Positions 1-11,432 of a stretch of DNA of 64,000 nt are shown in pieces. The position numbers and the translations under genes were made by a program. Origin of the DNA: Rubripirellula sp. GTDB lineage: Bacteria; Planctomycetota; Planctomycetia; Pirellulales; Pirellulaceae. The notes under the pieces are model-generated. The model saw nothing but the letters and a program-made list of their open reading frames with translations, was not told the origin of the DNA and ran no database searches. Numbering within the stretch: position 1 is the first letter of the stretch; every line of letters begins with the position of its first letter. The stretch is taken from the NCBI GenBank assembly GCA_965216875.1, contig OZ244207.1, positions 4,768,001 to 4,832,000 on the forward strand. Reading direction: 5' to 3'.

Positions 1-249
1 AGAATTCGCCACATGATGGAGCAGGAAGTTGATGTCACCACGCTACCTCCTGAACTACCTTTGACGAGCCGCGAAGCACAAGTGTTGCGGCATGTCGCCC
101 TTGGCTTGAGCAACAAAGAGATTGCGAGCTCGCTAAGGATCAGCGTTGAAACGGTCAAAGAGCATGTGCAAAACGTATTGCGCAAGTGCAACGCCAATGA
201 CCGGACCGACGCTGCCGTTCGCGCCGTCAAACTCGGCATCGTAGACTGA
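1..249 (+). CDS. LuxR/NarL-family response regulator, C-terminal HTH (5'-truncated by window edge)
   Basis: LTSREAQVLRHVALGLSNKEIASSLRISVETVKEHVQN is a LuxR HTH signature; the frame is open to position 1. Confidence 0.88.
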   Translation, partial: RIRHMMEQEVDVTTLPPELPLTSREAQVLRHVALGLSNKEIASSLRISVETVKEHVQNVLRKCNANDRTDAAVRAVKLGIVD

Positions 250-277
250 GCGGAAGCATCATGGCTTTGTAGGCTTT

Positions 278-504
278 GTAGGTCATGCTGTGCATGACAC
301 CCCAGTGATATGTGGGGCATGACTTACAACGCGCCCCTACTCATGAGCCGAACAACGTAGCTACGCTCGCCAGAGCGTGGTCGTAGCGAGAACCGCCTTC
401 TGGCGAAGGTAGCTACGGGCCTTTCCGCCTAAAGGCGGGACTACGAACGGATCGTGAGCTTTACACGACTCAACGTAGAACCACCTTCTGGCGAAGGTAG
501 CTAC
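278..504. repeat. Mixed REP mosaic: family A (278-298 plus a degenerate inverted partner), B1/B2 doublet (357-380, 393-416), C inverted (425-445), B2 inverted (481-504)
   Basis: GTAG-tagged hairpins GTAGGTCATGCTGTGCATGAC, GTAGCTACGCTCGCCAGAGCGTGG, CCGCCTTCTGGCGAAGGTAGCTAC and CCGCCTAAAGGCGGGACTACG all recur elsewhere in the window. Confidence 0.88.
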
Positions 505-523
505 GGCACGGGGCAGTGTACAA

Positions 524-1801
524 CTACGCCTCGAGCACTTCTTTGCCGACCCACGGCTGGAGCGATTTTGGAATCGCGATGCTTCCGTCGGCTCGTTGAT
601 GGTTTTCCAATACCGCGATCATCGCTCGGCCTGTCGCAATCGCCGTTCCGTTGAGGGTGTGGACGAACTCGGTCCCTTTCTTGCCCGGCGTTTTGAAGCG
701 AACATTCAGTCGACGAGCTTGGTAGTCCGTGCAATTGCTTGTGCTGGTCACTTCACCCCAAGCACCGCCTTCACCGCGGCCCGGCATCCAAGCCTCCAGG
801 TCAAACTTGCGATAGGCTGGTCCGCCAAGGTCACCGCTGGCCGTATCGATCACGCGGTAGGGGACTTCGAGAGCGTCAAAGATCTCGCACTCGAGTTCAC
901 GCATCTCGTCATGCAGCGCGTCACTTTGATCGGGTGCCGCGAACGCAAACATCTCTACCTTGCTGAACTGATGGACTCGGTACAAGCCCTTCGACGCCCG
1001 TCCGGCGGCACCCGCTTCGGTTCGGAAACAATGGCTGAGACCGCAGAGGCGAATCGGCAGTTGTTCCAAATCGACGGTTTGTCCCGACATCATGCCGCCG
1101 AGTGTGATTTCGGCGGTCGCAACGAGATTCAGTTCGGTGTTTTCGATCGAATAGATCTGTGTCTCGGGTCCACGCGGGTTGAAGCCGGTACCCTGCAAAA
1201 TGCTTGTGAGTGCGAGGTCAGGTGTTGCCACCGGCGTGAAACCTCGATCGGCTAGAAAACTGACCGCAAATTGTTGCAGGGCGAGGTCGATTCGAACGGC
1301 AGCGTTGCGCAGGAAGTAAAAACCAGCACCAGCGACACGAGCGCCGCCCTCGAAATCAAAGAGGTCGTGGACTTCGCCTAGTTCCAAGTGATCCTTGGCC
1401 TGAAAGTCAAACTCAGGCTTGGACGTTTTGCCAAACGACAACTCTTTCGCGTCATCCTCGCCACCGGTCGGGACGTTGGGGTGAGTCAAGTTGGGAATGA
1501 TCGTTTGCAAGCTGACGATCTCTTGATCAAGTTCGTCATGTTCCTTTTGCGCCGCGTCTTTGGCTTCGCGCAGTCGGCGTCCTTCTTCGATCAACGCCTG
1601 ACGTTCCTCGGCATCCTTGGCTTTGCCAATCTGCTTGCTAACGGTATTGGCCTGTTGGTTAAGGTCTTGGGCGAGTTGCAGCTTTTCGAGTCGATCTTTG
1701 TCAAGTTGAACGATGCGATCGACGTCACAGTCGACGCCGCGACGCTCGCAGTTTTCGCGAACGAGATCAGGGTTTTGAATGATGAATTTGCGATCGAGCA
1801 T
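524..1801 (-). CDS. serS: Serine--tRNA ligase
   Basis: MLDRKFI start, N-terminal coiled coil, FRTEAG...GLYRVHQFSKVE motif 2, SNCTDYQARR, HTLNG motif 3. Confidence 0.98.
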   Translation of the reverse strand: MLDRKFIIQNPDLVRENCERRGVDCDVDRIVQLDKDRLEKLQLAQDLNQQANTVSKQIGKAKDAEERQALIEEGRRLREAKDAAQKEHDELDQEIVSLQTIIPNLTHPNVPTGGEDDAKELSFGKTSKPEFDFQAKDHLELGEVHDLFDFEGGARVAGAGFYFLRNAAVRIDLALQQFAVSFLADRGFTPVATPDLALTSILQGTGFNPRGPETQIYSIENTELNLVATAEITLGGMMSGQTVDLEQLPIRLCGLSHCFRTEAGAAGRASKGLYRVHQFSKVEMFAFAAPDQSDALHDEMRELECEIFDALEVPYRVIDTASGDLGGPAYRKFDLEAWMPGRGEGGAWGEVTSTSNCTDYQARRLNVRFKTPGKKGTEFVHTLNGTAIATGRAMIAVLENHQRADGSIAIPKSLQPWVGKEVLEA

Positions 1802-1830
1802 TTTTCTATAGCAAGCGTGCGTGTGGCTTC

Positions 1831-3204
1831 TTAAACAAGTTTTCCAATTTCGTCCCAGAGCATGGCTGACGCGCGAATCCCGCGGTGGTAATCAGCGACT
1901 CGGAACTTTTCGTTAGGACTGTGCAGGTTGTCGTCGTTCAATCCCCATCCGATCAGCAGACAATCGCAACCGAGGACTTCTTGAAAGCGGGCGACAATCG
2001 GAATCGAACCACCTTCGCGAATCAGGACGGGTGCAACACCAAATGCAGATTCGACGGCGTTGGTGGCCGCTTTAACAAACTGGCTTTCGGTGTTGGCAAG
2101 CATGCCGGGGGCGCCGTGATCGCGATGCAGGGTCCAACGAACGCCCGTCGGAGCATGCTTGGCGAGGTGTTTTTCAATTGCGTCAGAAATTTTGACCGGA
2201 TCTTGGTCGGGAACCAATCGGCAACTGAACTTGGCCGACGCGGTCGCCGGAATGATCGTTTTGACGCCTTCGCCCTGATGGCCACAGGTCAAACCATTGA
2301 CATCGAATGTGGGCCGAGCCCAACGGCGCTGGTTTGTCGTAAAACCCGTTTCACCAAAGAGTGCATCGACACCGACCGACTCGGCGTACTCACCGTCGTC
2401 ATGGGGAAGCTGCGCCCATGCGGTCGCTTCGCTTTCGCTCTGCGTGCGAACGTCATCATAGAACCCTTCGACTTGAATTCGGCCTTGGTCATCAACCATC
2501 GACGACAGCATGTGACTCAGAGCGATCGCTGGATTCATCACCGTACCGCCAAACGAGCCGCTGTGCAGATCTTGGCTGGGCCCATCCACCTGCAATTCGT
2601 AGGTCGCGATGCCTCGCAATCCGTACGTGATCGCCGGCTGGCCATCGGCATACTGGCTGCTGTCGCTGATAACGACACAATCGCACGCGAGACGCTCGCG
2701 CAATTCGGGCAACATACGATCCAGATTCTCGCTGCCAACTTCTTCTTCACCTTCGATCAAAAACTTGACCTGCAGGGGCAACGTTTTTCCTGCGGCCATC
2801 CACTCACAAACGCTTTGAATGTGGGTCAGCACCTGGCCTTTGTCGTCGGTTGCACCGCGGGCGTAGAGGTTGCCATCACGCACGGTCGGCTCGAAGGGGC
2901 CGGAAATCCAATCTTCGAGCGGTTCGGGGGGCTGGACGTCATAGTGTCCATAAACCATCACCACGGGCGCACCAGGAACGGGTGGCGTCTGTGCGAGCAC
3001 CATTGGATGGCCTTCAGTGGCCACGATTTCCACTTCCAGTCCCGCCGCAGAGAACTTTGCAGCCACCCAGTCGGCCGCTTTGCGAACATCCTCTTTTCGG
3101 GACGAGTCACTGCTAATGCTCGGGATTTTCAGCCACTCAGACAGCTCGTCTAGATGACGCGATTCGGCGTCGGCAAGCTGATCCATCAAGGATGGTTGGG
3201 ACAT
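1831..3204 (-). CDS. M20-family dipeptidase (ArgE/DapE-like)
   Basis: YGHYDVQP, ARGATDDKG, EGEEEVGS, DLHSG, GGSIP and HSPNE motifs. Confidence 0.93.
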   Translation of the reverse strand: MSQPSLMDQLADAESRHLDELSEWLKIPSISSDSSRKEDVRKAADWVAAKFSAAGLEVEIVATEGHPMVLAQTPPVPGAPVVMVYGHYDVQPPEPLEDWISGPFEPTVRDGNLYARGATDDKGQVLTHIQSVCEWMAAGKTLPLQVKFLIEGEEEVGSENLDRMLPELRERLACDCVVISDSSQYADGQPAITYGLRGIATYELQVDGPSQDLHSGSFGGTVMNPAIALSHMLSSMVDDQGRIQVEGFYDDVRTQSESEATAWAQLPHDDGEYAESVGVDALFGETGFTTNQRRWARPTFDVNGLTCGHQGEGVKTIIPATASAKFSCRLVPDQDPVKISDAIEKHLAKHAPTGVRWTLHRDHGAPGMLANTESQFVKAATNAVESAFGVAPVLIREGGSIPIVARFQEVLGCDCLLIGWGLNDDNLHSPNEKFRVADYHRGIRASAMLWDEIGKLV

Positions 3205-3418
3205 GGGCCAAACTTATCGATTGGGTGATTGGGACAAAGACTGCGGGAAAGCGAAGCACAGCTCGCCCCGTGATCGCATTAAAAAAGGACTGCCTAGCGG
3301 CCGCCAGCTGCGCTACAATATATCGACATTGTTGGCAGCGAGAATGACGGTGAAATCCGTCCCCACCGCTGCTGACAGTACCGATGGGGTCCGAAGAAGT
3401 GGAGGAGCATGATCAGCA

Positions 3419-3763
3419 ATGGCAGATCAGCAGACTATGGTGGCTGAGCCACACGTCGAGACCAAGAAACAGCAGCGACGCAAACCGAAAAAACAACCTC
3501 GCTATCACGTCGTTTTGTGGGACGATTCCGACCACAGCTACGACTACGTTGTCTTGATGATGAAGCAACTGTTTCGGCATCCCATTGAAACGGGCTTCCA
3601 AATCGCCAAAGAGGTTGATCACAGCGGTCGTGCAATCTGCCTGACCACCACTTTGGAACACGCCGAACTGAAACGTGACCAGATTCGCGCGTTCGGCAAA
3701 GACGAGCTGATCGCTAGCTGCAAAGGCAGCATGTCGGCAACGATCGAACCGGCTGTTGAGTAA
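3419..3763 (+). CDS. clpS: ATP-dependent Clp protease adaptor ClpS
   Basis: PRYHVVLWDDSDHSYDYVV...VDHSGRAIC, 114 aa; GGAGG SD upstream. Confidence 0.9.
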   Translation: MADQQTMVAEPHVETKKQQRRKPKKQPRYHVVLWDDSDHSYDYVVLMMKQLFRHPIETGFQIAKEVDHSGRAICLTTTLEHAELKRDQIRAFGKDELIASCKGSMSATIEPAVE

Positions 3764-3907
3764 AGCCGAACCGGTGATCGTGCTGACGACACCGTGATCA
3801 ATACAACCAACAAACAAGATGTGTCGCAACTGCTTGTCCTCAAGCTGTGCAACCAACGATGAAAGAACGCACTGGCATCGCAGCTCAGTGCAGGGAATGT
3901 TTGAGGA

Positions 3908-5218
3908 ATGAGTGCCAAACTTCGCGTTGCAACCCTCGGTTGCAAAGTCAATCAGTACGAAACCGAATTGGTCCGCCAAGGACTTCAGCAAATCGGGTAC
4001 AGCGAACCGGCCGATACGGAACCTGCCGACGTGTGCTTGGTCAACACGTGCACGGTCACCAACGAAGGCGATTCGAAAAGCCGACAGGTGATCCGCCGAA
4101 TGCATCGTGACAATCCCGACGCCAGGATTGTCGTGATGGGATGCTATGCGACGCGTGCTCCCGAAGAAGTTGGTGCGCTTCCCGGCGTTGTCGATGTCGT
4201 CACCGACAAACGTGAACTGCCGGACTTGATGACCCGCTTTGGTGTGATCGACGTGCCGACGGGCCTTTCCGGTTTCTCAGGTCGGCAACGAGCCTACGTG
4301 AAGGTCCAAGACGGATGTCTTTTGCGATGCAGCTATTGCATCATTCCCCATGTCCGCCCTGACCTTACCAGTCGCCCCCCAGAACACATCGTCGATGAAG
4401 TTCGCAGCCTAACGGAAGCGGGGCATCGCGAAGTCGTCCTGACGGGCATCCATCTTGGTCACTACGGCGTCGAGTGGAACAAGAGCAAGCCGAAAGAGGA
4501 ATGGGTCCGCTTGGCGCATTTGCTGAGACGCCTTTGCGAATTGCCTGGTGCATTTCGAATCCGGCTCAGCAGCATCGAAGCGACTGAGGTGACACGTGAG
4601 TTGATCTCGGTGATGGCCGAGCATTCGGATCGGATTGTCCCACACCTTCACTTGTGCCTTCAAAGTGGAAGTGACGCCGTGCTGCGTCGAATGCGGCGCC
4701 GCTGGGGAGCCAAGATGTTCCTCGATCGTTGCCGCTTGCTACGTGAGTCGCTTGATGAACCAGCCATCACCACCGATGTGATTGTCGGTTTCCCTGGTGA
4801 GACCGAAAACGAATTCCAGCAAACGCTCGATACCTGTCGCGAAGCGGGCTTCTCAAAGATTCACGCGTTTCCGTTCAGCGCGCGGCGTGGAACGCCAGCG
4901 GCCGACATGGCCGACCAAATCCCCAAAGCCGTTCGCAGCGAGCGTGTTTCGATCTTGAGTGATCTCGAATCGGAACTTCGACGCGATTACTACGATCGGC
5001 TGGTTGGCCGACAGCTTGAGATGCTCGTCGAAACATCGTCGCCGGTCGTGGGGATCGGAAGCGAAGCAAGTGGCACGGGTATCGCGAAAGGCACGACTTG
5101 CCGTTACGCGCCGGCCGAGCTTTCACACGACGCGGACCGTCTCCCTAAAGAAGGTTCGATGTTAAACGTTAAAGTCACTGCAACGGACGGCGAGAAGTTG
5201 ACGGTCGATTTGGTGTAG
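3908..5218 (+). CDS. mtaB: tRNA t6A37 methylthiotransferase MtaB (radical SAM)
   Basis: TLGCKVNQYET, NTCTVT, KVQDGCLLRCSYCIIP (CxxxCxxC), LTGIHLG, HLHLCLQSG. Confidence 0.93.
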   Translation: MSAKLRVATLGCKVNQYETELVRQGLQQIGYSEPADTEPADVCLVNTCTVTNEGDSKSRQVIRRMHRDNPDARIVVMGCYATRAPEEVGALPGVVDVVTDKRELPDLMTRFGVIDVPTGLSGFSGRQRAYVKVQDGCLLRCSYCIIPHVRPDLTSRPPEHIVDEVRSLTEAGHREVVLTGIHLGHYGVEWNKSKPKEEWVRLAHLLRRLCELPGAFRIRLSSIEATEVTRELISVMAEHSDRIVPHLHLCLQSGSDAVLRRMRRRWGAKMFLDRCRLLRESLDEPAITTDVIVGFPGETENEFQQTLDTCREAGFSKIHAFPFSARRGTPAADMADQIPKAVRSERVSILSDLESELRRDYYDRLVGRQLEMLVETSSPVVGIGSEASGTGIAKGTTCRYAPAELSHDADRLPKEGSMLNVKVTATDGEKLTVDLV

Positions 5219-5242
5219 CGTTGTAGTGAGCGCATTCGGCTC

Positions 5243-5460
5243 GTAGCTACCTTCGCCAGAAGGTGGTTCCCACGATGAGGCCGATATCCGCTGTCACCAC
5301 GCTCTGGCGAGCGTAGCTACGAACGTGCTAGGCCCGGCCGCTCACGCGTCGCGGCTCATTTGAATGAACTGGAAGCTCGGCAGGAGCCTCGCCCTCCCGA
5401 GAATTCTCTCGTTGCCTCTTTCGAATATGCGAGGCCCGACGCTAGCGCGTTCGGCTCACG
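5243..5460. repeat. Mixed REP mosaic: B2/B1 doublet (5243-5266, 5297-5320), D-like (5331-5358), E (5375-5398), D (5433-5459)
   Basis: Recurrent palindromes; family D overlaps the TGA stop of the convergent ECF gene. Confidence 0.88.
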
Positions 5461-6007
5461 CTTCGCGCATCTTCGCTCGGGCGCGTGTCAGAACGGGGCC
5501 GATGCTGTTTTCGCTCATGCCAACCACTTGGCTGATCTCGGCATACGTCTTGCCTTCGAGGTGATACATCCGCACCACGTTGGCTTCTTGTGGGTCGAGC
5601 CGCATCAGCAACTTCTGGACTTCTTCTTGATCTTCGATCCGATCAGGCGTTTGGTCCTTGGCAACACGATCGTGCACGACCGAACCAATCGCAGCACCAT
5701 TGCGTCGGTTGGCCACCAACCGACGAGCGATCACGCGGCGGGCGATCACGGTCAAATAAGTCGCGAGCGAGCAATTACGACGAAACCGTCGCAGCACGCC
5801 AAAGTCGCTGGCAACGATGGTCAGAAACACTTCCGCAACCAGATCGTCTCGAGTTGACGCATCAAGCTGAATCCCGCGCGCGGCCGCGGTGTGATTGGCA
5901 ACGTGGACGACCAGACCGAGAAATCGATCAACAAAGTCCTGCCAAGCACGCGGAGCCCGATCGAGGCACCGCTGCAGCAAAAGACGATCGACCTCGGAAA
6001 GACTCAC
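5456..6007 (-). CDS. ECF-type RNA polymerase sigma factor
   Basis: Sigma2 (AWQDFVDRF...DDLVAEVF...LATYLTVIARR) and sigma4 (LEGKTYAEISQVVGMSENSIGPVLTRAR). Start trimmed to GTG 6007 by inference; the track ORF starts at 6202. Confidence 0.88.
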   Translation of the reverse strand: MSLSEVDRLLLQRCLDRAPRAWQDFVDRFLGLVVHVANHTAAARGIQLDASTRDDLVAEVFLTIVASDFGVLRRFRRNCSLATYLTVIARRVIARRLVANRRNGAAIGSVVHDRVAKDQTPDRIEDQEEVQKLLMRLDPQEANVVRMYHLEGKTYAEISQVVGMSENSIGPVLTRARAKMREA

Positions 6008-6358
6008 AGGAGTGACACCACAGTAAAAAGTTGCATTGCCTGAACACTGCCTTGGCAGGCGAACCAGCGATTTAGCGGTCATGCATCGATCGCATGAGCC
6101 GCATGCGAATCCGTTCCGAGCTGTTTCAGCCAGCGTTACGACCGGTAACGTCGGAGTGACCGGAAAAACTGGCTTTCTGCATAGTAGGTAGGGAAACCTC
6201 AAATCGCAAGGTTTCCCCCACCAGGCGGATGCTTTCGGAGCCTTTTTTCATGGGAAATGTATCGTTTCGGTAACCCCCACTTTTTGCCGAAGGTCAGATC
6301 GTGGCCTAGCCTTTGACATTGCTTGAAACTCTCGTTCTAGACGCTTTGTGCAATCCGA

Positions 6359-8647
6359 ATGACCGATACAAACGCAACGGGTGGATCCCCTACGATCGCC
6401 GGCGCACCCGCAACCACCACAGGCGCAGCGAACCTACCGGTAGCTGCTGTCGAACAGGGTCAAGCTCGAGTGGGGCAACTCCTTGCGGTTCTTCAAGAAT
6501 CCGCGCCCGCCGCGGCCGAAGTCAAACGGCCCGACGCGCACGCGACTTTTGAAAACCAATTGGCGGTCGTCCGACTTGGGATGGCCACGTCGCTCTTTTA
6601 CGCGCTTCGCGCCAAACACCGCGCGACCGCTGCGCACTCGTTGCGAGTCGCGCTGACCTGTTCGGCCTGGGCAAGTCGCCTCGGCCTGGACGAACAAACT
6701 CGCGATCGTATCGAAGTCGCCGCCTTGCTTCACGACATTGGCAAGATCGGTATCCCCGATCGCATTCTTCGAAAACCAGGCAAGCTGACCGTCGACGAAC
6801 AATTGATGATGGACGGCTGCAACGACCAGGCTTGCGAAATCCTTCGTGGATGCACGAGCGATGTTGACTTGCTTAGCATCGTCGCCCACGCCAATTCTTG
6901 GTTCGACAGCCGCCGGCAAGGTGACGGACCTCGTGGCGCGGCATTACCCATTGGCGCACGCATGTTGGCCATCGCCAACGCGTTTGACGCCATGACGACC
7001 GACAGCGTCTATCGCCGCGCGATGAGCCGCGAACGAGCGATTCAGGAACTGTTTCAAGGCAGCGGCACTCAGTTCGACCCGGATTTGATCGCCGACTTCA
7101 GCCACATGTTGGAACAAAAGCCCGAAATGCTCCGGGGCGCCATCGTCGATCGCTGGCTGCAAAAACTGCAACCCAGCTCGGGCGATGCTCTTTGGAATTC
7201 CTCCGGCTTCGCCTCGGGTGAACGGTCCACCTACGTCGTCCGCCGTGAAACCTTGTTCGTCAACCAACTGCTAAGCAACACAAAAGATGGCGTCGTGTTT
7301 ACCGACACGGAAGGAACGATCACGCAATGGAATGACGTGATGCACGACCTGACAGGTATCGCTCCCGAAGCGATTCTTGGCAAATCGTGGTCCGATAAGT
7401 GCATCGGTTTGCAGGAGTGTGCGAGTGACGACGAAGAGAGTAGCGATAGCGACGAAGCACAAGCCAGCGACACAGCCTGCCTGGTCGCCGAATGCCTTCA
7501 CAGTAACGCACGCGTCGCGCGGCCGATGACCTTGCAACGGCCTTCGGGTAACCCGTCGCCAGTTCACGTTCAGGTCGCCCCGGTGCATGGCAGCACCCCC
7601 GGCACGCATGGAACGGTCATCATTATTCGCGACATGACCGACCAAGCTGAAATGGAAGAGCAGCTCGAAACGCTTCATCACAAAACCACGATCGATCCGC
7701 TGACGGGTGTTGCCAATCGAGCACACTTTGATGAAGCCATTCGTGAACTCGTCGCCAAAGGTACGGCAGGTGGCGAGACCTTCAGTTTGATCATTTGTGA
7801 CATTGACCATTTCAAGCGAGTCAACGACGTTCACGGTCATCCGGCCGGCGACGAAGCACTCGTCAGTTTCGCGGCGGTCCTCAAGAGCCATAGCCGCGAC
7901 GGTGACTTGGTCGCACGGTATGGCGGCGAAGAATTCCTGGTGCTTGCGAGCAAGTGCGACAACGCCACCGCCACTCACAAAGCGGAAGCCATTCGCAGTT
8001 CTCTCGAGGCAACGGCCCTACCAAGCCTTGGGGGTGAAGCGGTCACGGCGAGCTTTGGCGTCACCGAATTCCAGCCAGGTGATACGGCCGAAACCGTTCT
8101 TTCGCGTGCTGACCGTGCCCTGCTGAAGGCGAAAGACAATGGGCGCAACCGGGTCATTCAATTTGGCAGCGGCGGTGTGGCCGAATCCAAGAGCGAGACT
8201 CCCAAGCGATCATGGCTCGGCTGGTTCGACACGGACCAAGAAGTCTGTGAGAGCGATTTCGATATCGTCACGCCCGTTCCGGTCGATCTCGCGATCGAAA
8301 AACTGCGTGGATTCATCGCCGACCACAATGCCGAGATCATCAACGTCAGCGAAAACCAAGTTTCACTCAAAGTCAACGCGATCTGCAGTGCGGGTGGACG
8401 CCGACGGGTCGACCAACAGATCGCCTTGCGTGCCCAGCTTACCCTGAGTGAATCGTTCGTTCCCGGCAAAATCCCTGTCGATGGAACGGCCGAGGACGCC
8501 GGCCCTGGCTTTGTGAAATCAAACGTTCACATCAACTTGCAACCGATCCGAAACCGCGATCGCCGCAGCCGCGAATTGGCAGTTTGCGTCGATCAGGTCG
8601 TCGCCAGTTTGCGAAGTTATCTGATGGGTGAGATTGTCCGAACTTAG
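6359..8647 (+). CDS. Diguanylate cyclase with N-terminal HD-GYP-like domain, PAS domain, GGEEF domain and C-terminal extension
   Basis: LLHDIGKIGIPDRIL (HD), PAS (DGVVFTDTEGTITQWN), DPLTGVANR, DIDHFKRVNDVHGHPAGD, RDGD-LVARY-GGEEF. Confidence 0.92.
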   Translation: MTDTNATGGSPTIAGAPATTTGAANLPVAAVEQGQARVGQLLAVLQESAPAAAEVKRPDAHATFENQLAVVRLGMATSLFYALRAKHRATAAHSLRVALTCSAWASRLGLDEQTRDRIEVAALLHDIGKIGIPDRILRKPGKLTVDEQLMMDGCNDQACEILRGCTSDVDLLSIVAHANSWFDSRRQGDGPRGAALPIGARMLAIANAFDAMTTDSVYRRAMSRERAIQELFQGSGTQFDPDLIADFSHMLEQKPEMLRGAIVDRWLQKLQPSSGDALWNSSGFASGERSTYVVRRETLFVNQLLSNTKDGVVFTDTEGTITQWNDVMHDLTGIAPEAILGKSWSDKCIGLQECASDDEESSDSDEAQASDTACLVAECLHSNARVARPMTLQRPSGNPSPVHVQVAPVHGSTPGTHGTVIIIRDMTDQAEMEEQLETLHHKTTIDPLTGVANRAHFDEAIRELVAKGTAGGETFSLIICDIDHFKRVNDVHGHPAGDEALVSFAAVLKSHSRDGDLVARYGGEEFLVLASKCDNATATHKAEAIRSSLEATALPSLGGEAVTASFGVTEFQPGDTAETVLSRADRALLKAKDNGRNRVIQFGSGGVAESKSETPKRSWLGWFDTDQEVCESDFDIVTPVPVDLAIEKLRGFIADHNAEIINVSENQVSLKVNAICSAGGRRRVDQQIALRAQLTLSESFVPGKIPVDGTAEDAGPGFVKSNVHINLQPIRNRDRRSRELAVCVDQVVASLRSYLMGEIVRT

Positions 8648-8731
8648 GACCACTTGCGAGAGGCTGCCGGACCGCTATCGTGCTGGGTAGATAGACGTTT
8701 ATCTTTGTCCCAAACACGGAGCACTCTCGGC

Positions 8732-9352
8732 ATGTCTTACACCCTGCCCGAACTTCCATACGCATACGACGCACTCGAGCCTCACATCGACGCTCGAACC
8801 ATGGAAATCCACCACACCAAGCATCATCAGGCCTACATCACCAAGGTGAATGCCGCGATCGAAGGGACCGATTTGGCCAGCAAGTCGATCGAAGACCTGG
8901 TTTCGGACCTCGCTTCGGTGCCTGACGACAAGCGTGGCGCCGTTCGCAACAACGGTGGTGGACACGCAAACCACTCACTGTTCTGGACCGTGATGGGCCC
9001 CGGCAAGGGCGGTGCCCCCGCTGGCGATTTGGCCTCGGCCATCGACAGTGCCTTCGGCTCGCTCGATGCGATGAAGGAACAATTCAACGCCGCAGCCGCC
9101 ACCCGCTTCGGTAGCGGTTGGGCTTGGGTCTACGTCGAAGGTGGCCAACTGAAAGTCGGCAGCACTGCCAACCAGGACAGCCCCCTGATGGGTGCCGAAG
9201 TTGCCGGGATCTCGGGAACCCCCATCCTTGGCTTGGACGTTTGGGAACACGCCTACTACCTGAACTACCAAAACCGTCGCCCTGACTACGTCTCGGCGTT
9301 CTGGAACGTCGTCGATTGGGACGCTGTCGCCGCTCGCTTGGCCGCTGCTTAA
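8732..9352 (+). CDS. sodA: Superoxide dismutase (Mn/Fe family, Mn-type signature)
   Basis: [46 protein letters not shown] at 8732. Confidence 0.95.
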   Translation: MSYTLPELPYAYDALEPHIDARTMEIHHTKHHQAYITKVNAAIEGTDLASKSIEDLVSDLASVPDDKRGAVRNNGGGHANHSLFWTVMGPGKGGAPAGDLASAIDSAFGSLDAMKEQFNAAAATRFGSGWAWVYVEGGQLKVGSTANQDSPLMGAEVAGISGTPILGLDVWEHAYYLNYQNRRPDYVSAFWNVVDWDAVAARLAAA

Positions 9353-9385
9353 GTTGGCTCGATTGCGGTCGTGGCCAGATAGTTC

Positions 9386-9545
9386 GTCGTCCCGCCTTTA
9401 GGCGGAAAAGACAGAAGATTCCGGCCAAAGCTCGGTACTACGAACTCTCGGAACAGAAAGCTCGGCAGGAGCCTTGCCCTCCCGAGAATTCGTTCGTTGC
9501 CTCATTAGAAGTGTAGGGCCCGACGCTAGCGCGTTCGGCTCACGC
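9386..9545. repeat. Mixed REP mosaic: C doublet (9386-9441), E (9460-9483), D (9517-9543)
   Basis: Recurrent palindromes; 9451-9545 is a near-copy of 5366-5461. Confidence 0.88.
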
Positions 9546-9581
9546 GGAGGCTGGTCCTGACGGTGGCGTGTTCGGCGCATG

Positions 9582-9620
9582 AAAAAAGCCCAGTGCGGTT
9601 TGCACTGGGCTTTCTTTGTT
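9582..9620 (-). terminator. Intrinsic terminator of rpsA (possibly bidirectional)
   Basis: Perfect 12-bp stem AAAGCCCAGTGC-ggttt-GCACTGGGCTTT flanked by an A6 run and a T-rich run. Confidence 0.85.
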
Positions 9621-9638
9621 TACGACTGACGCTTGGGC

Positions 9639-11432
<1,794 letters not shown>

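Noticed and set aside
250..523. Repeat clusters as a possible CRISPR array (also 5243-5460, 13728-13974, 19780-20660)
   Set aside because: Repeats are inverted, of mixed families and irregularly spaced; no constant-length spacers and no cas genes
1885..3153. 422-aa antisense ORF over the M20 peptidase (similar cases: 24667-25893, 28592-29521, 32694-33596, 61313-62446)
   Set aside because: Each fully overlaps a well-supported gene on the other strand, as is typical in high-GC genomes
5360..5460. Similar short peptides (ARQEPRPPENSLVAS / ARQEPCPPENSFVAS) in ORFs at 5360 and 9316
   Set aside because: They are translations of the duplicated REP module, not a small-protein family
6078..6098. GTCATGC-ATCGATC-GCATGAG resembling the REP-A stem
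   Set aside because: No GTAG foot, different loop and no partner copy; likely coincidental
6008..6358. c-di-GMP riboswitch upstream of the diguanylate cyclase
   Set aside because: GEMM-type consensus elements not recognisable by eye; an Rfam scan would be needed
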